Shown: positions 20,416-30,306 of the stretch, piece by piece
How positions within the stretch are numbered: position 1 is the stretch's first letter
Layout of the letters: each line of letters begins with the position of its first letter
Source: an uncultured Gemmatimonadales bacterium
GTDB lineage: Bacteria; Gemmatimonadota; Gemmatimonadetes; Gemmatimonadales; GWC2-71-9
Length of the DNA: 64,000 nucleotides
Reading direction: 5' to 3'
Assembly (NCBI GenBank): GCA_963730185.1
Contig: CAVSQW010000003.1
Span: 20,755 to 84,754 of the forward strand
Made by a program: the position numbers and the translations under genes
The notes under the pieces: generated by a model
The model's database searches: none
What the model was told of the DNA's origin: nothing
The model's input: the letters and a program-made list of their open reading frames with translations, nothing else

Positions 20416-21137
20416 TGCAGCCACATCTCCAGCAGATGGTCCAGCCCTTTCTCGACGGCGCCCGCTCGGCGCTCGGGCCGGGACATTCGGTGGTGCTCTA
20501 CGGTTCCGCCGCCCGGAACGAGCACGTCGAGGGCTTCTCCGACCTGAACCTCCTCGTGATCGTCGACGATCTCAGCCCCGGGCGCCTGACCCGGCTCGGC
20601 GAGGCGCTCTCGCCCCTCGAAGGCCGGTCGCTGACCCCACCGCTCCTCTTGACCCGGGCCGAGTGGGACCGGGCGGCCGACGCGTTTCCGGTGGAGATCA
20701 CCGACATGCAGCTGGCGCACGTCGCCCTCGAAGGGCCCGATCCGGTGACGGGCCTGGCCATCGATCGGGCGGAGCTCCGGCAGGCGATCGAGCGCGACCT
20801 CCGGGGCAAGCTGCTCCGCCTGCGTCAGGGCTATGCCGTTCTGACCCACCAGCCGGAGGCGCTCGGCGGTCTCGCCGTGCGGAGCGCCGCCACGGTCGGC
20901 GTGCTCCTCCGGGTGGCGCTCGCGCTGGCCGGCGGTCCCGCCCCGGTCCCGACCGCGGAGACCCTCGTCGAAGCGGGCCGCCGAATGCGATTCGACGCCG
21001 GCCCCGCGACCACCTATTTCGCGGCTCGGGGCGGCGATCCGCCCCCAGGCGACGGCGACCTGTTCACGCGGTATCTCGCGGCGGTGGAAATCGCCGTCGG
21101 GTTCATCGACCAATTCGACGTCGGAGGGACGCCATGA
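20415..21137 (+). CDS. Nucleotidyltransferase-fold protein
   Basis: VVLYGSAARNE...SDLNLL, DAFPVE..DM, GKLLRLRQ; TGATG overlap with the TPM gene. Confidence 0.75.
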   Translation: MQPHLQQMVQPFLDGARSALGPGHSVVLYGSAARNEHVEGFSDLNLLVIVDDLSPGRLTRLGEALSPLEGRSLTPPLLLTRAEWDRAADAFPVEITDMQLAHVALEGPDPVTGLAIDRAELRQAIERDLRGKLLRLRQGYAVLTHQPEALGGLAVRSAATVGVLLRVALALAGGPAPVPTAETLVEAGRRMRFDAGPATTYFAARGGDPPPGDGDLFTRYLAAVEIAVGFIDQFDVGGTP

Positions 21138-21700
21138 GGCCTCGGGTACGATTCATCGGGCTGGCGCTGTTCGGGGTGCTCCTCGCGAGTGGCTGCGGCT
21201 ACAACCAGATCCAGGCCAAGGACGAGACCGTCAACAAGGCACTGGGCGACGTGAAGGCGCAGCTCCAGCGACGAGCCGACCTGATCCCGAATCTGGTGGA
21301 GGTCGTGAAGGGCGTGGCCCGGCAGGAGTCGACCGTGTTCATCTCCGTGGCCAATGCCCGGGCCAAGCTCTCGGGGGCGATCCAGACCGGCACCCCCGCC
21401 GAGCTGGCCCAGGCCGACCAGGCGATGAAGCAGCCGCTGGCCCGACTCCTGGCCCTGGTGGAGAACTATCCGGAGCTCAAGTCGAACCAGAACTACCTCG
21501 ACCTCCAGAGCCAGCTCGAGGGAACCGAAAATCGGATCTCGGTCTCGCGCCAGGACTACAACGACGCGGTCCGGGGCTACAACACCTACATCCGGACCTT
21601 TCCTTACAACCTGACCGCGAAGATCTTCGGCGCCTCCAAGCCGCACCAATACTTCGAGACCAGTCCCGGCGCCGAGGAGGCGCCCAAGGTCAAATTCTGA
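21134..21700 (+). CDS. lemA: LemA family protein
   Basis: GCGYN, QLQRRADLIPNLV, ENYPELKSN, QLEGTENRI, IRTFP. Confidence 0.95.
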   Translation: MRPRVRFIGLALFGVLLASGCGYNQIQAKDETVNKALGDVKAQLQRRADLIPNLVEVVKGVARQESTVFISVANARAKLSGAIQTGTPAELAQADQAMKQPLARLLALVENYPELKSNQNYLDLQSQLEGTENRISVSRQDYNDAVRGYNTYIRTFPYNLTAKIFGASKPHQYFETSPGAEEAPKVKF

Positions 21701-21719
21701 GGAGGGATCGAGCGGGAAT

Positions 21720-21742
21720 GAGCTCGGCGGCGCGCCGGGCTC
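21720..21742. terminator. Hairpin between convergent lemA and M23 genes
   Basis: GAGCTCGGCG-GCG-CGCCGGGCTC, 10-bp stem, no U-tract. Confidence 0.4.
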
Positions 21743-21745
21743 GGG

Positions 21746-22669
21746 TCAGTCGGTGACGACCGAGGGCAGGATGTAGCGGAGCGGGTTGACCGGCCGGCCG
21801 TTGACGTGCACCTCGTAATGGAGGTGCGGGCCGTCGGCCAGACCGGTGCTCCCCACCAACGCGATGCGCTGACCACGGGTGACCTTCTGGCCGACCTTGA
21901 CCAGGAGACGCGAGGCGTGCGCGAAGCGGGTCACGATCCCGTAGCCGTGGTCGATATCCACCATGTTGCCGTATCCCGTCTCCCACCCGGCGTACACCAC
22001 CTTCCCGTTGGCGGGCGCCTCGATCGGCGTGCCCTCGGGCGCGGTGACGTCGATCCCCTCGTGGGGCCGGCTCTTGTGGAGGATCGGGTGGAACCGCATC
22101 GACGAGAAGGCGCTGGTGAGCCAGCCCTGCGTCGGCATGATGGACGGGGTCGCCTCGAGCCGCTTGTGGTGCGAGGTGAGGCTGTCGGCGGCTTCACGGA
22201 ACGACTCCGCCAAGAGGTCGGCCCGACGGATCAGCGCGTTGAGGTCGACTCGGACTTCGCCGGCCCGCTCGACCAGGACGCTGTTGGCCTCCGGGTCGTT
22301 GGCTCGGGGCGGCCGAGGCCCGCCGATGCCCACCGCCTGCACCTGCGGGTCGATCGGCTCGAGGTTGGCGAGGAGCCGGTACTGGGCGTCACGCCGTTCC
22401 AGGTGGGCGATGGTGTCGTTGAGAATGCTGAGCCGACCGTGCAGGGCCGCCAGCTCGGTCGCGAGCCGCTGGTTCTCGCGCTCCACCCGGCTGGCGCGCC
22501 CCATGTCGACGGTTTTGGTGATCGTGGCGTAGCCGAGGACCAGGGCGAGGCCCAGCGCCGCCACCACGAGGCTTCCGACCAGCTTGACCGCGGTGGGCGA
22601 CACCTCGAGCATCCGGGATGCGGAGGCCCCTTGCGGGACGACGATGATGGTCCAACGGCCCTTGGGCAT
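21746..22669 (-). CDS. M23 family metallopeptidase (membrane-anchored, coiled coil)
   Basis: HEGIDV, GYGN.V.IDHG, GPHLHYEV; N-terminal TM and coiled coil. Confidence 0.93.
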   Translation of the reverse strand: MPKGRWTIIVVPQGASASRMLEVSPTAVKLVGSLVVAALGLALVLGYATITKTVDMGRASRVERENQRLATELAALHGRLSILNDTIAHLERRDAQYRLLANLEPIDPQVQAVGIGGPRPPRANDPEANSVLVERAGEVRVDLNALIRRADLLAESFREAADSLTSHHKRLEATPSIMPTQGWLTSAFSSMRFHPILHKSRPHEGIDVTAPEGTPIEAPANGKVVYAGWETGYGNMVDIDHGYGIVTRFAHASRLLVKVGQKVTRGQRIALVGSTGLADGPHLHYEVHVNGRPVNPLRYILPSVVTD

Positions 22670-22820
22670 GCCTGTCCCGAAACGAGCCTAACGCCCGGTC
22701 AAAGGCGTCCGGCTTCCTGGCTGATGTCGAATCGAGTGCCAATTCCCGCGTCGCGGGCCCCCCGGCACTCCGGCGAAGTCATTCCGGCTCTGAAGGCGTA
22801 GCAGCCAGCGTGCCGGGACA

Positions 22821-22849
22821 AGTATGCCCCCCGGTCGGGGGGCTGTCAA
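22821..22849 (-). promoter_or_regulatory. sigma70 promoter for the M23 gene with palindrome in spacer
   Basis: Minus strand TTGACA-N17-CATACT; GCCCCCCG-GT-CGGGGGGC at 22826-22843. Confidence 0.6.
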
Positions 22850-22898
22850 GCGTTAGGATCTGTGCCTCTAAATTAATACACCGCAACAGCTTATGAGG

Positions 22899-24420
22899 CT
22901 ACTTCGCGGTCGATTCCGGCTTCGGAAAGAGGATCGCCGGCCGGCTCGCCCGGACCCCGTCCATCGGGGGGTTCTGCGCCAGACGCAGGGCATCCGCGAG
23001 AGCGGTTTCCGGCTGTCCCAGGGCCTGCCAGAGATTGCGCGCCGTGGCGGGCATGAAGGGGACGATCAGGGCGGTGATCCGAAAGAGGGTCCGGTAGAGC
23101 GACGTGAGTGCGGCGTCGAGCTCGGCGTCCCTGCCAGCCTTGGCCAGGCCCCAGGGGGCGGTTCGCGAGATGTAGAGGTCGGCGGCCCCGACCAGGGCCC
23201 AGGCGGCCTCGAGCGCCGCCCTTGAGGTCGAGGGCGTCCATGGCCCGGCGGTAGGCCGGCAGGTGCCGCTCGAGGGCCTCCTGGTCGAGCGCAGTGGGCT
23301 CGCCCGCGGGGATGCGCCCCTCGCGGTAGCGCTCGATCATCGCCAGCGACCGGGAGGCCAGGTTGCCGAGGCCGTCGGCCAGGTCGGCGAGGTAGCGGGC
23401 GTCGTAGCGATCCCAGGTGAAGTCGCCGTCGTTCTCGAAGCCGACCTCGCGCATCAGGAAATAGCGGAGCGGATCGGGGCCGTAGCGGTCGATGGCGTCG
23501 CCCAGATTGACGGCGGTGCCGGCGGTCTTCGACATCTTGGCGCCCTGCCATTGGACGTAGCCGTGAGCCCAGATCTTCCGCGGGGTGGCGATCCCGGCGC
23601 TCAGGCACATGGCCGGCCAGAGCACGCAGTGGAACCGGGTGATTCCTTTGCCGATGACGTGGAGGTCGGCCGGCCAGAGGCGCTCGTACCCCGGGTCCGG
23701 GAAGCCGGTCGCGGAGAGGTAGTTGATCACCGCGTCGAACCAGACGTAGATCGTGTGGCCGGCGCTCCCGGGGAAGGGAATGCCCCACGGCAAGCGCGAG
23801 CGAGAGATGGAGATGTCCTGGAGGCCCGCCTCGAGGAGCCGGAGGATCTCGTTCCGCCGGATGGCGGGCTCGACCGCCAGCTCGCCCGAGTCGATCATCC
23901 CGCGGATCCGCTCGCCATAGGCGGAGAGCCGGAAGAAGTGGTTCCGCTCTTTGGTCGGGACCAGGTCGAGCGTGGGGTGCTCGATGCAGTGGCCGTCGAC
24001 GATCTGGCTCTCGGTCTTGAACTCCTCGCACCCGGTGCAGTAGAGCCCCTCGTAGTCGGCGAGGTAGACGTCGTCGGGGTGGCTCTTCCGAATCCGTTCC
24101 AGGAGCTCCTGGACCGCTCGGGTGTGCCGGGGGTCGGTGGTCCGGAACCAGATGTCGTTGCTGCACTCGAGCCGCTCCCAGTAGCCGGCGAACCGGGCCG
24201 ACATGTCGTCGACCCAGGCCTGAGGCGTGACCCGGAACTGCTCCGGCATCTGGATCACGCTCTGGGAGTGCTCGTCCATGCCCATCAGGAAATGGACGTC
24301 GTCGCCGGCCAGGCGGCGATACCGGGCGATGCAGTCGGCGCCGATCTTCTCGAGCGCGTGGCCGAGGTGCGGGTCGCCGTTGGAATAGTCGATGGCGGTG
24401 GTCAGGTAGTACTTGGCCAC
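22899..24420 (-). CDS. metG: Methionine--tRNA ligase, short form (frameshift at about 23215 in this sequence)
   Basis: YLTTAIDY, HLGH, YVWFDA, KMSKT; after the shift reads LEAAWALV..APW..PFMP..LW..LG..ILFPKPESTAK*, stop at 22899. Confidence 0.95.
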
Positions 24421-25601
24421 TAGGTCTCCGGCGTGTCAGGGCCGTCGCTGCCGCGGGGGCGGCGTTTTCGCCGCCGTCGGGGGCGCCGGCGCCGCCGGCC
24501 GCCCTCGCCGGTGGACGCGTCCTCACCGGCGTCGGTGTCGGGGGCGCCGGTCGGGGCCGGCGTCGTCGTCGGCTCCGTAGCGGCCTGGTCGGCGGTGGGG
24601 CGATCGGCGCGGGCTTCCTCCCGGGCGGGGCGATCGGTGCGGCTCTCCTCCCGAAGGGGTCGCGCGGGACGGTCCTCCCGTCGGCGGCGCGGTCGTTCCC
24701 GCTCGGCGGGGCGGGCGGGCGTCGTCTCGGTCGCGGGGTCGGTCGGTCCCGCGGCGGCGGCCCGCTCCATCTCGTCCTTGAGGTCGACCAGCATCACCAC
24801 CCGGGGGCCTTCCGCGCCCCGGAGGAAGACCCGTTCCCGAAAGATGTCCACTGCCACCACCTTCTCGGATCCCTGGAGGGTCCGGATCAGCTTCCCTTCC
24901 TTCGGGAACCGCTTCCGGGTGGTGACGTAGAACTCGTGCTCGTACTTCAGGCAGCAGAGCAGGCGGCCGCACCCGCCGGAGATCTGGGCTGGGTTGAGCG
25001 AGAGGTACTGGTCTTTGGCGAGGCTCAGGCTCACGGGGTTGAGCTCTCGGAGCCAGGTGGAGCAGCAGTACTCCTTGCCGCACCGTCCCACGCCGCCGAG
25101 TCGGGCCGCTTCGTCGCGGACGCCGATCTGGCGGAGCTCGATCCGAGTCTTGAAGGTCGAAGCCAGGTCGCGGACCAGGTTCCGGAAGTCGACCCGCTTC
25201 TCGGCCGTGAAGTAGAACGTCAGCTTCTTCTGGTCCCACTGCCACTCGGCGTCGCTGACCTTCATGTCGAGCTGGTGGTGCTTGACCCGCTCGATCGCAC
25301 GGCGCCGGGTCTCTTCTTCGGAGCGCCGGAGGTCGTTGGCGGTTCGGATCTCGTCCTGGGAGGCGAGCCGGACCACCCGCCGGGGATCGGTCGGGGCTCC
25401 GCCCGGCGCCGCCGAGCAGCCGCAGCCGGCGGCGCACTTGGTGGCCGCCCGCTCACCGGTGACGCTGACCCGGCCGAAATCCTGGCCGCGCTCCGCCTCG
25501 ACGATCACGGGATCGTTGAGGCGAAGCCGCTCGGTCTCGTCCGACCAGACGAAGTAATCCTTGCGGTTGCCCTTGAAGCGGACTTCGACGGTAGTGGCCA
25601 T
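24420..25601 (-). CDS. ricT: PSP1-domain protein RicT/YaaT
   Basis: VRFKGNRK, FYFTAEKRVDFRNLV, RIELRQIGVRDEA, GRCGKEYCC, SGGCGRLLCCLKYE; R/E/P-rich tail. Confidence 0.9.
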   Translation of the reverse strand: MATTVEVRFKGNRKDYFVWSDETERLRLNDPVIVEAERGQDFGRVSVTGERAATKCAAGCGCSAAPGGAPTDPRRVVRLASQDEIRTANDLRRSEEETRRRAIERVKHHQLDMKVSDAEWQWDQKKLTFYFTAEKRVDFRNLVRDLASTFKTRIELRQIGVRDEAARLGGVGRCGKEYCCSTWLRELNPVSLSLAKDQYLSLNPAQISGGCGRLLCCLKYEHEFYVTTRKRFPKEGKLIRTLQGSEKVVAVDIFRERVFLRGAEGPRVVMLVDLKDEMERAAAAGPTDPATETTPARPAERERPRRRREDRPARPLREESRTDRPAREEARADRPTADQAATEPTTTPAPTGAPDTDAGEDASTGEGGRRRRRPRRRRKRRPRGSDGPDTPET

Positions 25602-26560
25602 CAGGCTTCGGCGAAGACTCCCATGGCGGCGAACTTGTCGGCCCGTCGCTTGAGGAGCTTGTCGGCCCGGGTGCGACGGAGCTCGGCGGTGTGCCGGGCC
25701 AGCGCCTCGCGCAGGGCTTCCCCGGCGGCGTCGGGATCCTGGTGGGCGCCGCCCAGCGGCTCGGGGATGATCTCGTCGATGACCTTGAAGCCGAGCAGGT
25801 CGTTGGCGGTGACTTTGAGCGCCTCCGCGGCGCGCTCCCGCTGGGTGGCGTCTTTCCAGAGGATGGCCGCGCACCCCTCGGGCGAGATCACCGAGTAGAC
25901 CGAGTTCTCGAGCATCAGGACCCGGTCGGCCACGCCGAGCGCGAGGGCTCCGCCGGAGCCGCCCTCGCCGATCACGCAGGCCACGATCGGGGTCGGGAGC
26001 GACGCCATCTCGAGGATGTTGGTGGCCAGCGCTTCCGCCTGACCCCGCTCCTCGGCGCCGATCCCGGGGTAGGCGCCCGGGGTGTCGATCAGGGTCACGA
26101 CCGGGGCGCCGAATCGGGCGGCCAGCTTCATCAGCCGGAGGGCCTTGCGGTAACCCTCGGGGTGGGGCATCCCGAAGTTGCGCTTGATGTTCTCGCGGGT
26201 GTCGCGGCCCTTCTGGTGGCCGATGACCATCACCGACTGGCCGGCCAGGCGGGCCCAGCCGCCGACGATCGCGAGATCGTCGCGGTAAAGGCGGTCGCCG
26301 TGGAGCTCGATGAAGTCGGTGAAGACCGAGCCGAGATAGTCGAGAGTGTAAGGCCGCTTGGGATGACGCGCCACGCTTACCCGCTGCATCGGGGTGAGGT
26401 CGCCGTAGATCTGCTGGCGGAGGGCGTCCAGCTTGCCGTGCAGGGTGCCGAGCTCCTGGGCGACGTCGATCTCCCGTTCCTCGCCCATGCGCTTGAGCTC
26501 CTCGATCTGGCGCTCCAGCTCGAGGAGAGGCTTTTCGAATTCCAGGGTGTAGATCGCCAT
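25601..26560 (-). CDS. accA: Acetyl-CoA carboxylase carboxyltransferase alpha
   Basis: LEFEKPL, NFGMPHPEGYRKA, IDTPGAYPG, GEGGSGGA, YSVISPEGCA. Confidence 0.98.
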   Translation of the reverse strand: MAIYTLEFEKPLLELERQIEELKRMGEEREIDVAQELGTLHGKLDALRQQIYGDLTPMQRVSVARHPKRPYTLDYLGSVFTDFIELHGDRLYRDDLAIVGGWARLAGQSVMVIGHQKGRDTRENIKRNFGMPHPEGYRKALRLMKLAARFGAPVVTLIDTPGAYPGIGAEERGQAEALATNILEMASLPTPIVACVIGEGGSGGALALGVADRVLMLENSVYSVISPEGCAAILWKDATQRERAAEALKVTANDLLGFKVIDEIIPEPLGGAHQDPDAAGEALREALARHTAELRRTRADKLLKRRADKFAAMGVFAEA

Positions 26561-26565
26561 TCAGG

Positions 26566-29500
26566 TCATCCCGCCTTGACGAGTCGCACGGCGTCGGGGC
26601 CCAGCAGGCTCCGGAGGGCGTGCACGACTTCTTCGTTCGGCGTGATCCGGAGCCGGCGCGACCGGAGCCGCACCGAGTCGCCGTTGCCGTCGGACCACTC
26701 AATATAGACCGGGGCCGGCCCCGGATGGCCGGTGCAGATCGAGGCCACCGCCTGAAGGTCGCCGGGCGGCGGCGCTTGGGCACAGGCCCAGCGGAGCGCC
26801 AGCGCCACCGCGCCCGAGGCCCGGAACTGGTCGAGCGGGCGGACCGACTCCACGATGAACGGCGCCCGGTCCTCGCCCCGGTCCCGCTGGCTGTATCCCC
26901 CGGTCAGGAGGAGGCAGGCGTCTTCCGTGATCGCCTGGTTGAGCTGGGCCCAGCTTTCCGGAAAGACGATCGCCTCGGCCGTGCCGTGGAAGTCTTCCAG
27001 CACGAGCCGGGCGTACTCCTTGCCGGTCTTCTTCGAGATCTGCCGCCGGATGGCGGTCACCACGGCCCCGATCGTCACCGGCTGCTCGCTCCACTGGCCC
27101 AGCGTGGCCGTGGTCCGGGTGCCGAAGAGCTCCACCTCGCTCCGGAACCGGGCCAGCGGGTGTCCGGAGATGAAGAAGCCGATCAGCTCTTTCTCGCGGG
27201 CCAGCCGCTCGGCCTCCGACCACTGGGGCACGTCGGGCAGACCCGGCGGCTCGGGCTGGGCGTCGGCCGGGGCTTCCCCGAAGAGCGACCCCTGGCCCGC
27301 CTCCCGTTCCTGATGGAGAAGTTGCGCCTCCGCGAGCACGCTGTCGAGGGCCGCCATCTGCTGGCTCCGGTGCCCCTCGAGCGAATCGCAGGCGCCGGCC
27401 GCCACCAGCGATTCGACCACCCGCTTGTTGACGAGCCGGAGGTCGATCCGGTCCGCCAGGCCGTTCAGGGTCTCGAAGCGAGCGTCCGCCCGGCCCGCGA
27501 TGATCGAGTCGATGGCGCCCCGGCCGACGTTCCGAACGGCCCCCAGCCCGAAGCGGATCCGCTTCTCGCCCACGACGGTGAACTTGAAGCCCGACTCGTT
27601 GACGTCGGGCGGCAGCACCTCGAGGCCGAGGTCGCGGGCCTCGTTGATGTACTGGACCACCTTGTCGGTGTCGCCGATTTCCGAGGAGAGGAGCGCCGCC
27701 ATGAATTCGGCCGGATAGTGCGCCTTGAGCCAGGCGGTCTGGTAGGCCAGGACCGAGTAGGCCACCGAGTGCGACTTGTTGAAGCCGTAGCGCCCGAAGG
27801 TCTCGATCTGGCCGGCCAGGTCCTCCATCAGCCGGCGCGGGTGTCCGAGGGCCAGGCCCCGCTCCACGAACTTACCCAGCTCCTTCTTGATCAGCTCCGC
27901 GTCCTTCTTGCCCACCGCCTTCCGGAGCACGTCGGCTTCGGCCAGGCTGAACCCGGCCAGGATGTTGGCGATCCGCATCACCTGTTCCTGGTAGGTGATG
28001 ACGCCGTAGGTCGGCTCGAGGGTCTCTTTGAGGAGCGGGTGCGGGTAGGTCACCGCCTCCTGGCCCAGCTTCCGCTTGATGAACACCAGGTGCATGCCGG
28101 TGTCGAGCGGGCCGGGGCGGAGGAGCGCGTTCGAGGCGACCAGGTCGTCGAACCGGTCGCAGCGCATCTGGCGGAGCGTCTCGGTCGCGAGGGCGGACTC
28201 GAACTGGAACACTCCCGCCGTCCGGCCCCGGCGAAGCAGGGCGTAGACCTCGGGATCGTCGAACGAGAGGGTGCTCATGTCGAGGGTCACGCCGTGGCGC
28301 TCCTGCACCATCGTGACCGCGTCATGGATCACCGTGAGCGTCTTGAGCCCGAGGAGATCCATCTTGAGCATGCCGACCTTCTCGAGCGCGACCATGTCGT
28401 ACTGGGTGATGATCGCGTTTTCGCCGTCGGCGGTCTGGCCGGCGCCCTTGGTCGGCGCGGTGCAGACCGGGACGTAGTCCGGCAGCGGTCCCGGGGCGAT
28501 GACCACGCCGGCCGCGTGGACCGACAGGTGCCGGGAGATCCCCTCGATCCGGGCCGCCAGGCTCGCCATCCGCTCGTAGACCGGGGAGGTCCGGACCAGC
28601 TCGCCGAGCTCGGGCACCTTCTTCACGGCGTCGGCCACCGGCAGGCTGTAGCCGGGCCCCGACGGGATGAGTTTGGTGATCCGATCGGCTTCGCCGGGTG
28701 GAATCTTGAGCACCCGGGCCACGTCCTTCACGGCGGCCCGGGCCTTCATCGTCCCGAAGGTGACGATCTGCCCCACGCTATCGCGGCCGTACCGCTCCCG
28801 GACGTACTCGATGACCTCGCCTCGGCGCTCGAAGCAGAAGTCCACGTCGATGTCGGGCATCGACACCCGCTCGGGATTGAGGAATCGCTCGAAGAGGAGG
28901 TCGAACCGGAGCGGGTCGACGTCGGTGATCCGGAGCGCGTAGGCCACCAGGCTCCCGGCGGCCGAGCCGCGGCCCGGCCCGACCGGGATGCCGCGCTCGC
29001 GGGCGGCGTTGATGAAGTCCTGGACGATCAGGAAGTATCCGGCGTAGCCCGCCGTGGTGATGACCGAGAGCTCGTAGGCGAGCCGCTCCTGCACCGGGTC
29101 CGGCAGCGGGCTCCCGTATCGCTGCGCGGCGCCCCGGGTGGCCAGGTCGGTGAGGTAGGCGTCTTCGTCCGGGTATTCGGCCGGCCGCGGGAAGCTCGGC
29201 ACGAAGTAGCGCTTTTCGAAGTCGAACTCGCAGAGGTCGGCGACCTTGACCGTGTTGTCGACCGCGTCGGGGTAGGCCGAGAAGAGCTCGCGCATCTCGG
29301 CTTCGGTCTTGACGTACGACTCTTCGCCCGTGAACCGGAACCGCTTGGGGTCGTCGAGGTCGGCGCCGGTCCCGATCGCCAGGAGCACGTCGTGCGCCTC
29401 GGCGTCGGACCGCTTCAGGTAGTGGGCGTCGTTGGTGGCCACCACCGGGAGGCCCAGGTCGTGCGAGAGCCGGATCATCCCGTCGAGGACCACTCGCTCC

Positions 29501-30048
29501 TCGGGGATCCCGTGGTCCTGGATCTCGAGCCAGAAGCCGTCGGGGCCGAAGGTCCGGGCGAACCATTCCGCCGACTGTTTCGCCTCGTCGTAGCGCTCCT
29601 GCCGGATCGCGTGGGCCACTTCGCCCGACATGCAGGCCGCCAGGCACACGATCCCCTCGGCGTGCTGGGCCAGGACTTCCTTGTCGATCCGGGGACGGCG
29701 GTAGAACCCCTCCGTGAAGCCGATCGAGCTCAGCCGGATCAGGTTCTGGTAGCCGACCTTGTTGCGGGCCAGCAGGACCAGGTGGCTATAGTGGGCCGGG
29801 GCGTCGGCCGGCTTCTGGTTGCTGCGGCGATCGCCGTAGGCGAGATAGGCCTCGAAGCCGAGAATCGGTCGGAGTTGCCGGGCTTTGGCGGCCGCGTGGA
29901 AGTGCCAGGCGGCGTGGAGATTGCCGTGGTCGGTCACCGCGAGGCTGTCCATCCCGAGCTCGAGCACCCGGCTCACCAACTCGGGAATCCGGTTGGCGCC
30001 GTCGAGGAGGGAGTACTCGCTGTGGGTATGGAGGTGGACGAATCCCAT
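26566..30048 (-). CDS. dnaE: DNA polymerase III alpha subunit
   Basis: FVHLHTHSEYSLLDG, GPGRGSAAGS, FERFLNPERVSMPDIDVDF, YGFNKSH, QGSLF. Confidence 0.98.
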   Translation of the reverse strand: MGFVHLHTHSEYSLLDGANRIPELVSRVLELGMDSLAVTDHGNLHAAWHFHAAAKARQLRPILGFEAYLAYGDRRSNQKPADAPAHYSHLVLLARNKVGYQNLIRLSSIGFTEGFYRRPRIDKEVLAQHAEGIVCLAACMSGEVAHAIRQERYDEAKQSAEWFARTFGPDGFWLEIQDHGIPEERVVLDGMIRLSHDLGLPVVATNDAHYLKRSDAEAHDVLLAIGTGADLDDPKRFRFTGEESYVKTEAEMRELFSAYPDAVDNTVKVADLCEFDFEKRYFVPSFPRPAEYPDEDAYLTDLATRGAAQRYGSPLPDPVQERLAYELSVITTAGYAGYFLIVQDFINAARERGIPVGPGRGSAAGSLVAYALRITDVDPLRFDLLFERFLNPERVSMPDIDVDFCFERRGEVIEYVRERYGRDSVGQIVTFGTMKARAAVKDVARVLKIPPGEADRITKLIPSGPGYSLPVADAVKKVPELGELVRTSPVYERMASLAARIEGISRHLSVHAAGVVIAPGPLPDYVPVCTAPTKGAGQTADGENAIITQYDMVALEKVGMLKMDLLGLKTLTVIHDAVTMVQERHGVTLDMSTLSFDDPEVYALLRRGRTAGVFQFESALATETLRQMRCDRFDDLVASNALLRPGPLDTGMHLVFIKRKLGQEAVTYPHPLLKETLEPTYGVITYQEQVMRIANILAGFSLAEADVLRKAVGKKDAELIKKELGKFVERGLALGHPRRLMEDLAGQIETFGRYGFNKSHSVAYSVLAYQTAWLKAHYPAEFMAALLSSEIGDTDKVVQYINEARDLGLEVLPPDVNESGFKFTVVGEKRIRFGLGAVRNVGRGAIDSIIAGRADARFETLNGLADRIDLRLVNKRVVESLVAAGACDSLEGHRSQQMAALDSVLAEAQLLHQEREAGQGSLFGEAPADAQPEPPGLPDVPQWSEAERLAREKELIGFFISGHPLARFRSEVELFGTRTTATLGQWSEQPVTIGAVVTAIRRQISKKTGKEYARLVLEDFHGTAEAIVFPESWAQLNQAITEDACLLLTGGYSQRDRGEDRAPFIVESVRPLDQFRASGAVALALRWACAQAPPPGDLQAVASICTGHPGPAPVYIEWSDGNGDSVRLRSRRLRITPNEEVVHALRSLLGPDAVRLVKAG

Positions 30049-30306
30049 GCGGGTATCACGGCGCGGGCGGCCAGCGGGCCACTCGCGACTGGCTATTCAC
30101 CGTCGGCATGGTCCGGCTCCGGGCGCGGAACCGGTCGGGGGACGGTAACGTTCGGGTGTCCCGGAACGAGGGCGCTCCCGGACGGCGGCTGACCAGCCGA
30201 TATTACCGTCATGGGCCCTCGGGTCGCACGAGGAAGCTAACGTCGCTCCGAAGATGTTGTCAAAGTCGTTGCAACGGGCAGGCTTGCACTTCACTGGAGG
30301 AACGGG

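Noticed and set aside
23205..23225. Programmed frameshift in metG
   Set aside because: No slippery heptamer or stimulatory structure; it fits the window-wide indel pattern
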